DNA of 64,000 nucleotides from Macrostomum lignano (lineage: Eukaryota), in assembly GCA_002269645.1 (NCBI GenBank), contig NIVC01001206.1, positions 171,850 to 235,849 on the forward strand. Reading direction: 5' to 3'. Each line of letters begins with the position of its first letter. Position 1 is the first letter of the stretch. Below, in pieces: positions 1-10,100 of the stretch. Both the position numbers and the translations under genes were made by a program. Under the pieces are notes generated by a model. The model ran no database searches, was not told the origin of the DNA, and saw only the letters and a list, made by a program, of their open reading frames with translations.

Positions 1-579
1 TATCCGTCTAAGATACCTTTACGATCCGCGGTAAACTCTTGCGCCACAGACTCGCAGATACTCCAGTCCAGATATCGAGCTCCTAGACGTCCATGCCCTC
101 CTAGCCTTGTCTTGCCAGTTAAAAGGATAGGATAAGCAATGGAATAGTGTCTAGAAGTCTGCCCCTTCGGGGGGGGGGGGCGGACCCACTCGGCGAAAGT
201 CAACACTCTGCCCCGGCTCTAGGGGGGGGGGGGGTGAATTTGACAGGCTTTGATTGACACCTGCCAATCTAGCTTGTAGTCGCACTGGCGGACGTAAGCT
301 CTGACCCCGCGGGCCATTCTCAGCTCAATTCATGGAGCAGCAAAGGAGGGTCAGTGGCAGACAGGCTGATTGCATAATTCTGTTGAGCTGAGTCAGGTTT
401 TTAAAATAACTGAACCGAGACAAGTCAAGCAAGGCCCAGAGCTGGCAAATTTTGAATTCGTGTCTAAAATTGATAATTCACGAACCAGGTGGGGACGCAG
501 GCACAGAAAAGTTCGTACAAGTTTTGTTTTTAAGTTGAACAACGTTGACGCATTTCACCAGACTTTAATCAGACTTCAC

Positions 580-682
580 CTAACCCCAACCCTAACCCTA
601 GCCCTAACCCTAACCCTAGCCCTAACCCTAACCCTAGCCCTAACCCTAACCCTAGCCCTAACCCTAACCCTAGCCCTAACCA
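580..682. repeat. Interstitial telomere-like repeat (CCCTAA)n with regular CCCTAG variants
   Basis: About 16 hexamers, mostly in the pattern CCCTAA-CCCTAA-CCCTAG; TTAGGG is the common metazoan telomere unit. Confidence 0.85.
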
Positions 683-1224
683 TAAGATACGATTTCACTA
701 AATAGACTAAATCCATTTGTAAAATTTCTAAACTTCCTAATTCTGATATAAGACGAATGCAAAAAAGACAAAATCCCCATTTAAACTACTGCAAGTAGGT
801 TTAGCGAATATAGCTGGAGAATCTCAAAAACTGTGCCGGATATGCCGGCTGACTATAATTGGCATTGACAGCTAGTCACTGGCCGAACATGGAAATCCCT
901 TCATTTTATTTCTCCCTTCCCAGCATGATTTGTTCCCCATCGCGTCTAAGCTGAAACCTCGCCATTCTCGTGGGGATTCCAGAAGTTTCCATAGCTGGTC
1001 AAGAACTAGGGAAGCCACGCAGCGGGGATGCGATGGGCGCTGTCAATCAACTTCACTTTCCTCCTTCGTGTCTGATGCATCCACAGAATCTGCTGTTTAT
1101 CTGAAATTCTCCATTGTTGGAATTTTCCCGATATTATTGCCAGATCAAACATCAAGTTAAAACCTTATCATAACTCATTCCAATTACAAAAGTTTGTTGT
1201 TAGTCTGAAACAAATCAATAATTT

Positions 1225-1863
1225 CAGGGACTTCTACGATATAGATTTACCATAGAATAGAAAAGAGGATCCTACCCCTAGGTCCTAAAATCCTCCGTTT
1301 TCTATTCTCCGCCCCTTCAACCCTCTGTTTTCCACTCTCCGCCCCTCCAATCCTCCGTTTTCTATTCTCCGCCCCTCCAATCCTCCGTTTTCTATTCTCC
1401 GCCCCTCCAATCCTCCGTTTTCTATTCTCCGCCCCTCCAATCCTCCGTTTTCTATTCTCCGCCCCTTCAATCCTCCGTTTTCTATTTTCCGCCCCTTCAA
1501 TCCTCCGTTTTCTACTCTCCGCCCCTTCAATCCTCTGTTTTCTACTCTCCGCCCCTTCAACCCTCCACCCTTTCAATCCTCTGCCCCTTCAACCCTCCAC
1601 CCTTTCAATCCTCTGCCCCTTCAACCCTCCGCCCCTTCAATCCTCTGCCCCTTCAACCCTCCACCCTTTCAATCCTCTGCCCCTTCAACCCTCCACCCTT
1701 TCAATCCTCTGCCCCTTCAACCCTCCACCCTTTCAATCCTCTGCCCCTTCAACCCTCCGACCCTTCAATCCTCTGCCCCTTCAACCCTCCGCCCCTTCAA
1801 TCCTCCGCTGCCCTTCTGCGGTCTTTTCTATTCTCTGGTAAGTTTATATCACAGAAGTCCCTG
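1225..1863. mobile_element. Non-autonomous TIR element (MITE; CAGGG termini) carrying internal 30-bp and 16-bp minisatellites
   Basis: 42-bp imperfect TIRs: CAGGGACTTCTACGATATAGATTTACCATAGAATAGAAAAGA at 1225 versus its reverse complement ending at 1863, 5 mismatches. ATAATTT flanks both sides (1218-1224, 1864-1870). Interior is TCAATCCTCCGTTTTCTATTCTCCGCCCC-type repeats. Confidence 0.75.
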
Positions 1864-2030
1864 ATAATTTTTAACAAGACCATCAACAAGAAGCTCAGAG
1901 ATCGCATTGTCTATGGCATTTCCATTTTCAGCCTTGCTCGAACGCACCGAGTTCAATGCAGTTTTCGCCAGGAAAGCGAATTGGGGTAAAACAGACGTCA
2001 AAAGGCAACAATCGCATTGTCAGAATAATC

Positions 2031-5000
2031 ATGAGCTCAACCGAAGTCAACGAACTATTCGTCCTGATCAGCCCGCCATCGCCTGACGCCAACACGAACG
2101 CGAACGACGGCGTGCTGCAAGAGAGTCTCAGCAGCAGCGCCAGCGGCGGCAGCAACGGTCAGCGCCTCGAGTGCGGCTGCCCGCGCTACCGGCCTCGCGT
2201 ACCGGAAGTGCAGAGCGTTGTGACGAGCGTCAGCCTGTCGCACTCGGTAGTGCAGGACCCCAACCGGGTGCTGGCGCAGCTGCCGAAGCAGCGCAAGAGG
2301 CCGGAGGAGCGGCTGTTCCTGCTGGACGCCTGGCTCCGCCGGCCGGCCCTGTATTACACTAGCGAGCTCATCCACGCCTTCATCGATGCGTTCAGCCCGC
2401 TACGCCTGCCAGCTGGCAAGAGGCTCATTCGCGAACGGGACCCCATCAAGCAGTGCTACCTGGTCTACAAAGGCCAGCTCAGGGCGTTGCGCAGTCACCC
2501 GGCGCCCTGCGGCCTGCAGTACCAGACCGGACTGCTTGAGTGCGGAGCCGAGCTGTTCTTTGACCCGCTGTGCATCGGCCAGGCCTCCCAGTTCAGCTGC
2601 GTGGCCGCCGAGGACTCGCTGCTGTTCTCCCTCGGCTTGAAGGACCTCGGCGGTTTGACGGCCGCGGCCAATGAGATCCGCCGGGGCGCCTTTCTCGAGT
2701 GCCTTCGCAGCATCAAGTACCTGCGGCCGCTGCCCGCTAGAGAGCTGCACGCCCTGGCTGAGAGCTGGGACGAGCCGTTAAAGGTGCGAATAGGAATTGT
2801 TAGTCTCAGTATCAATATATTGTTAATAGTGTGTTCAAAATTTTCCATGAAAGTTTTTAAAGTTGTCATTTACAGGCCGCAAAAGCATCCAAAGTAAATT
2901 TTCACGATTCAAGAAGTGCATGGTAAATTAATCTATAAGAGTTTAAAAAGTTCAACATTTTTCTTGATAGTAGTAAACTACTACTAGTAGGATGATGCAA
3001 AAATTAAAAACTGCAGACCTACGACTACGAAGCCGGCTACGTGCTGCAAGAGGAAGGCTCGGTGCCCGACCGGCTCTTCTGCATCCTGCAGGGCGGAGTC
3101 AGCCTGACCGACTCTCGCGGCTTCTCAGCGCGCCGCGGCGCCGGCCGGACAGCGCTGCTCCGCCTGCCGTCGCCCTACACCGCTACAGTCGAGGAGCTTT
3201 CAACTCTAGTCAGCCTTGAAGTCGGCCTGTGCCCCCGATCGATCTTCAACCAGCTGATTGAGGATTCCGAAGCGCTGGAGCGCGCCTCCGAAGAGCTCCG
3301 CTCTGAATTGACCCGCGACGAAGAGGAGGCTGCAGCAGCCGCGGCCGCCGCGGCCGATGCCGAGCAGATTGCCGAGGCCGCCGCTGCCGCCGAGGCCGAG
3401 CAAGCCCGGAGCAGGCTGAACCTGCCAGCCATTCACCGACGCTCCGTGCTGCGCCTGTGCCGAGTTCCGCAGCTCAGCGGCCTCCTGCGGCCAACTGAAC
3501 TGGACGGCCTCTTCGGCGACCGGGTGCAGATGGCGACGCATATTTTGACGTTACAGAAAAATGACTGCCTTTACGCAGAGGGCATCGACTACGCGAAGTA
3601 TGTGTACGTTGTACTGGAAGGCGAGCTGCGCGAGACGGCGCCGGTGGGGCCGGACGGGTCGCACGCCCTGCTGGGAATCGTCAGGCGCGGCGGCTGCGCC
3701 TGCCTGGAGTCGCTGCTGCTTCAGAGCGCCTGCCACTGCCAGCGTTCCGCCTACGCCAACACGGCCTGCACGGTGGTTGCGCTGGACGTCGATGCCATGG
3801 AGGAGGGCCTCTGCCGCAGTTTCATCTCGGTGATGAAGCGAAGAACGGAGACGTTCCGTCGGTGTGTTGGCGCTGCCCAGCTGACAGCGGTAGACGAGGA
3901 TCGAGCCTTCCGGGACGAGGTGTTTCCGCCGACTAGGGACGAGCTCCTGAGCAGCGAGCAAAGCGGCGGTCTGCCAGCCGGCCGGGACGAGCTCACCTTC
4001 AAGGCCTTGGCGGTGATGCGCTTGGTGGCTGCCCAGATTCAACAGATGCTGGAGCCCCTTGGCGATGATGTTCTGACTGCGAGCGAACTGAGGTCACTGC
4101 GGCTTTGCCATCGGGCGGTTATTCTGGGCGGCCGTGGCGGCGGCCGATTCTCCGACGGAGACCTGATGGTCACAGAGGAGGCCTCGCGCAGGCGGATCAT
4201 CTACTTCTTGCAGAGCGGCGAGGCGGAGGTGACTCACACAGCGCGCTGCGGCGGTGGAAGCGGCTGCATCTCGCAGGTTTGAAATATCATTGAAGCCCAA
4301 TTGAAACTCGCAGGAACTCTCGGGAAATCTCTCTATATTTTTCAGGAACGGACAGAGACTCGCCCGGCTGGCAGTCTGCTGTGCCCCGAGCAGCTCTACC
4401 TGCCGGCCGTGTGCTGCTTCGAAGCTCGCGCGAAGCAGGACGGCACGGAGCTCGCCTTAGTCAATCAGCACGTCCTTGAGACGGCAATTGGCTGCGAATT
4501 TCGCGACATTTTCCTGCGCCGGCCGGACGCTTTTCGAGCCTACCTGGCGGCCAGGTACCCCAGCGCAGCGGAGGCCGACCTGCAGCTGCTAACCGCCGCA
4601 GCATCGGCCGAGTCGTTGCCAGCGGCTGCTGGCAGAGTCTACGCCTTCGGCCTTGAAGCCCTGATGTGCCATCAGCAAGTGGGACGGCTGTTCACCGACC
4701 GCGAGCTGCAGAGGCTGAGGGCCAGCCAAGCCAGCATAATGTCGTGCATCGATGAGAAGCAGCCGAACCAGAGCATCTTCTTGGAGGTGGGCGAACGGTT
4801 AAACAGACATTCTTTTGTGCATTCTTTCGTCGTATCCTTATCAGACACGCACGAGCTATGAACTCCAACAGCTTCCTTTTCTCTCTTTTCAATCAGATAA
4901 AATGAGTCACTGTGTCTTGATGCGACTGAACAAGGAACCTGCATTAGTGACCACAGTACCCAATATTCTTGCCCCCTTTAGCTCATATTCTGAGCTCTTC

Positions 5001-5564
5001 CTTCTCTTTTTCCTCTCCTGCCAGGGCTCGGACCAGATCACCAGCCTCTTCATCGTCTACTCCGGTCGCGTCACCAGCTCGGCCACCCCGGGGCCCAACC
5101 GGCCAAGTCAGCTGCTGGACACGCACGAGCCCGGCGAGTTGGTTGGCACCGAGGCGATGCTCCGACAGGGTCTGCGATCGACCTCCGCGTACGCAGCCTC
5201 AGCTACGGAGCTCATCGTTGTGCCCGTTGACAAGCTGGAAGCGGTAGTCGGCGCCACGGTGTCCGAGCTCCTGGCTCGAGACCAGGACGTCGCGCTCGCC
5301 CTTTTCCGTCGGATCTTCCAGCCGGGCGTGCCGCTGCCGCGCGACGGCTGGCGGCCTGGCGTGGAGCCGCAGCGGCTTCAGCAGCTGCAGTCGGCAGCGG
5401 CGGTCACGGCGGCGGCGGCGGCGGAAAGCTGCGGCAGGCGGCTGCGCGGTCGGCACCTGCGCGTTGAAGCCGAGATTCTTCGCGAATCGGAAGGCGGAGG
5501 AGGCCGGATGAGCTGCGAGTACTCGGCTGGCGCCCCGTGGACTGACGATAAGCAAATTTCTTAG
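2031..5564 (+). CDS. Multi cyclic-nucleotide-binding (CNB/CAP-ED) domain protein, ~997 aa, five tandem CNB-homology domains; join(2031-2783,3017-4276,4346-4786,5025-5564)
   Basis: Three phase-0 GT-AG introns join the ORF blocks in frame. Repeated CNB beta-roll signature: LPAGKRLIRERDPIKQCYLVYKGQL; YEAGYVLQEEGSVPDRLFCILQGGV; LQKNDCLYAEG..YVYVVLEGEL; FSDGDLMVTEE..IYFLQSGEAEV; QPNQSIFLEGS..LFIVYSGRV..GELVGTEAML..RSTSAYA. Start could alternatively be ATG 1956. Confidence 0.85.
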
Positions 5565-6322
5565 CCATCTGGCGTGGACTACTATAAGTAGCATGGATTG
5601 CAGTCCATGCTAGTAGAAGTAGAAAACCAGCAACTTTGCCGGTTTGGCAGTGATATGAAAAGTTTCCATTGCCATATAGCTCATATTCATAAAATGTGCT
5701 TGTTTATTTTATTTTTCTTCTCCATTCGGTAACTTTGTCTATTGCATTGTTTTGTTTTTTGGTTTGCAGTGCCTTACAAGGAGTATTTATTCAGTAAATA
5801 TTTCAAACTAAATGTTTCCTTACTGTTAATAGAGAATTTATTCTGCACTTTGAAGCTATAAACTTGCTTAAGGATTTTAGAATAACTATAAGCAACAACT
5901 GACATGCTGAAATATACATTACTATTCCACCCGTCTGCTGTAAGTAGTGTGGCGTACAATCTAATCTATTTAACCCAAAAAAACGCCTATCAAAGCGACG
6001 AAAAACGTGTGCAGCGATTGATTGTACGGACGCGCGCGTGTATTTAACAGTGCGAGGCCTGCCTCCACCTCGCTGTGCTTTTGCACAAAAATTAAAAAAA
6101 ACAACACAACGAACAACAATGTACATCCGAGAGTAATTATGTGTCTGGGCACACTCGGTGCCCGTGTCTAACGGGGGACTGTAAGCAAGCACAACAACAA
6201 TAAAATAAATCGAAATTGTGTGTGACATGGAGATCCAGGAAGTGACTGGACAGGGCGCTGAATCGAACCAATGTGCTGCTGCGCGATCGACAAGGAACCG
6301 GTGTATTAGTTTCAGTTTAGGG

Positions 6323-6660
6323 CAGGCGTCAGAAAACTCCGGCCGCGAAGCCTGTCTATCCGGCCCACGGGTCCTTTGAAACTTCACACAATAGCAATCC
6401 TGCCGTTTTTGTGTCTTCTCTCAGCTCGCTTCTCTCTAATCTCCTCTCTCTTTTTACATCTCCTCCCCTCTCCTCCCCTCTCCTCTCCTCTCCTCTCCTC
6501 TCCTCTCCTCTCCTCTCCTCTCCTCTCCTCTCCTCTCCTCTCCTCTCCTCTCCTCTCCTCTCCTCTCCTCTCCTCTCCTCTCCTCTCCTCTCCTCTCCTC
6601 TCCTCTCCTCTCCCCCCTCTCTTCTCCTCTCTCTCAACCTCTTCTCTCCTCCTCTAGCCC
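6323..6660 (+). mobile_element. hAT/Charlie-like terminus fused to a (CTCTC)n tract; dispersed family copy A
   Basis: CAGGCGTCAGAAAACTCCGGCC..GCCTGTCTATCCGGCCC followed by a CT microsatellite (~6460-6650). Related to copies at 8010-8272 and 18345-18810. Confidence 0.5.
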
Positions 6661-7174
6661 GCAGCCATATACGCTGGGTTCTCAATCTGGCTCTTGAGGT
6701 TAAAATTAGCCGACCCCAGTTTTAGGGGATAATAAACAGACATAAGTAGTTCATGGATGGATTGGCGTCAGCTGCAATGTGCAGTTAGGGGTGCACATGA
6801 AAATTTCAAACGAGAAGAGAGGGAAGCGTTGCAATCCTATATGCGCTATCACTGCACTAGTGAAGCAGTTTAACTATAGACACTGCAGGCGGAAATAGCG
6901 AGGCAATGTGCCACAGTCTGTTTGCAGCTGTGCTCAACTGGGCATGGCCTTAAATATGATAATATATTGCGACAATTTTAATATATGAGACTCTGCGCGG
7001 GTATCTGCTAGGGGAAGCAGACTGGTTCATCTAACTGACACTTGTTTGCTCCGATCAAAGGATATCCAGACTCCCTTTCGACATCATAGTTCTAGTTACG
7101 CAATAGAGCAGCTGCAACAAAAATCGAAATCAGCAGGTATTGTGCAGAGAAATCGGCGCGAAGCCAGCAGCTCT

Positions 7175-10100
7175 TCAAGTGGTGCTCGTCCGGCCGGCTC
7201 GCCTGGTTGAAACGACCGTCACATCCGGGTTGGCGGCGCTGGAAAGTGAAGCGGCTCTGGCCGATGGCAGAGTTCCCATGGGGATGCTGTCTCTCGGCGG
7301 GACGCTCGAGTACACGGTGGGCCGGTTGTCAATGGACGGCCGGCTGAGACGGTTGTTGCCAAAACCGCGACGGTCCATGGACTTGCGTATGAGTGTCGTC
7401 ACCTGGATTGGAAGCCAGTTTTTTGACGAACTATTCGATTAGAGTTATCGATGAAAGTTAGAGGCCTCAGAAATCAGAAGCGATTGAATAGATGGCTAAT
7501 GAATGCTATACTTAGAAACTTTCACTTTAATCAAGAAAAATTCCCCAGAGATGTACGACATGCCGAGAGGGAAATGTCTGAAAAATTTGCAGAAAAAAAA
7601 TCTGCAGGAAATTTCAAATTAGCTGGGATTGCAGTTCGGAGAGCGTACGTGGATACGTATGTACTTTTATAAGAACTATAACTTGCTCCAATTTATTTGA
7701 GCCTTAATGAAGCTTTAGATGACGACAGAGACCCGTAAGAATTTGACGGGAGGAAGAAGTCGCCCGCTTCAAATAGTAGAGATTGGTTGATACGCTGATC
7801 TAATACTTCAACAAAGATGTCGAACGGGCTGCACAAAGACACTATGGCAGGGACACATCAAGAACACATCATGAATGCCGCCAAAAACGCCTATCTAAAT
7901 CGACATATAAGAGACCGCTATGATAGCTTATTATATATCTATATATATATACCCTGGTATATACACCCTGGTATATTTAATATATATATATATATATTAA
8001 ATATATTACCGCGAGGGCCAGGTAGACAAACCAGCAAATGACTGGAATAAAGGAAAAGAGAGGAGACGAGAGGAGAGGTTGAAATACGAGCTAGGAGAGA
8101 GGAGGGAGAGGAAAGGAGAGAAGAGGAGAAAGGAGAAGAGAGAGAGAAGAGAGGGGAGAAGAGAGGGGAAGGGAGAGCAGAGATCTGAGAAGAGACACAA
8201 ACCTTAAGCGGGCCGGATAGACAGGCTTTGTGGGCTGCACGTGACCCGCGGGCCGGAGTCTGCCGAACCCTGCTATATATGGCGTCTATCGTTCACATCT
8301 TAAATAGAAGTACGCTACGTTCGATTTTTATTTTCCTAGAAATAAGCTGGAAGCCGGCAAGAAACGTGTATTTGTCGTATCGGGTCTATGATAATTGCCG
8401 CAGACGAATTGCCCGCCATAACCCGAAATATCAGAAACCCGAAACATCACAAACCCGAAATATCAGAAACCCGAAATATCACAAACCCGAAATATCACAA
8501 ACCCGAAATATCATAACTCCGAAAGTTCTAGCAATGTCCAACGCTATTTTGATTTTCTGAGTTATTATCTTTCAGGTTTGTGATATTTCGGGTTTGTGAT
8601 ATTTCGGGTTTGTGATATTTCGGGTTTGTGATGTTTCGGGTTTGTGATTTCTCGGGTTTGTGATCTTCCCGTACCAGCATGGGAAACTCATTGAAGCCTT
8701 TAAGCTTACCTCGTTGTTAGCGAAGCAGAACACGGTGGCCACAATGGCTCCATGGGAGCCTCGAAGTGTTGCCTGGGCAATGCGGTAGGCAATGATGGCT
8801 GCGTTCACCTTGCGATCCTGTCTGTACATCATCAGGAGCCACTGCAGGCCGAACAGTGGAACAAGGATGCAGGTAGCTTTGAATGCTCGCCTAAAACATG
8901 TTTAGAATTGAATAACATTGTTGCTTGATCGCTATGCATAGCAGATCATTTCTTCAAGGCCTGTGCCATTGGTGAGCGCATGCTTCTTGGACTTGGCCAT
9001 CCAGGGTCAGAAAATCTGTGCTTGGATTTTTTTTATCTTTCGTTGCGTGTGGTTTGCTTTTTGATAAAAATACGCTAAAATTCTAGCTGATCTTGTAGGA
9101 GCGTAAGTAGCTCGTATATTTTGGGGCCTTTGCGCTCACCTGTGAAAAATCATTCATACTAAAACAGGTAGGTAAGGTAGCGAAGAAATAGGTATAAAAT
9201 TCCAATGAAGTCCTTTAAGTTCCCTTTTCTATACAAGTTTCTAAGCTTCCAAGCTTCTAAGATTCTAAGCTAATAAACTTCTAAGATTCTAAGATTCTAA
9301 GGTTCTAAGATTCTAAGATTCTAAGATTCTAAGATTCCAAGCTTCTAAGATTCTAAGATTCTAAGATTCTAAGCTTCTAAGATTCCAAGCTTCTAAGCTT
9401 CCAAGCTTCTAAGATTCTAAGCTTCTAAGCTTCTAAGAACTAAGATTCTAAGATTCTAAGCTTCCAAGATTCTAAGCTTCTAAGCTTCTAAGATTCTAAC
9501 ATTCTAAGATTCTAAGATCTAAGATTCTAAGCTTTTAATATTCTAACATTCTAAGAACTAAGATTCTAAGATTCTAAGCTTCTAAGATTCTAAGCTTCTA
9601 AGCTTCTAAGAACTAAGATTCTAAGATTCTAAGCTTCCAAGATTCTAAGCTTCTAAGCTTCTAAGATTCTAACATTCTAAGATTCTAAGATCTAAGATTC
9701 TAAGATTCTAAGATTCCAAGCTTCTAAGATTCTAAGATTCTAAGATTCTAAGCTTCTAAGATTCCAAGCTTCTAAGCTTCCAAGCTTCTAAGATTCTAAG
9801 CTTCTAAGCTTCTAAGAACTAAGATTCTAAGATTCTAAGCTTCCAAGATTCTAAGCTTCTAAGCTTCTAAGATTCTAACATTCTAAGATTCTAAGATCTA
9901 AGATTCTAAGCTTTTAAGATTCTAACATTCTAAGAACTAAGATTCTAAGACTCTAAGCTTCTAAGATTCTAAGCTTCTAAGCTTCTAAGAACTAAGATTC
10001 TAAGATTCTAAGCTTCCAAGATTCTAAGCTTCTAAGCTTCTAAGATTCTAACATTCTAAGATTCTAAGATCTAAGATTCTAAGATTCTAAGATTCCAAGC

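Noticed and set aside
370-705. 111-aa ORF ending in (TLALTL)n
   Set aside because: The tail is the telomere-like repeat, and the rest has no recognisable motif.
900-1110. Minus-strand acidic mini-frame (DASDTKEESEVD*) with downstream AATAAA as a terminal exon
   Set aside because: No upstream exon fits between it and the MITE/CNB gene, and it is too short to support.
2055-5594. Antisense and alternate-frame ORFs over the CNB gene (likewise over the GPCR and Kelch exons)
   Set aside because: Shadow ORFs of GC-rich coding exons with no domain signatures.
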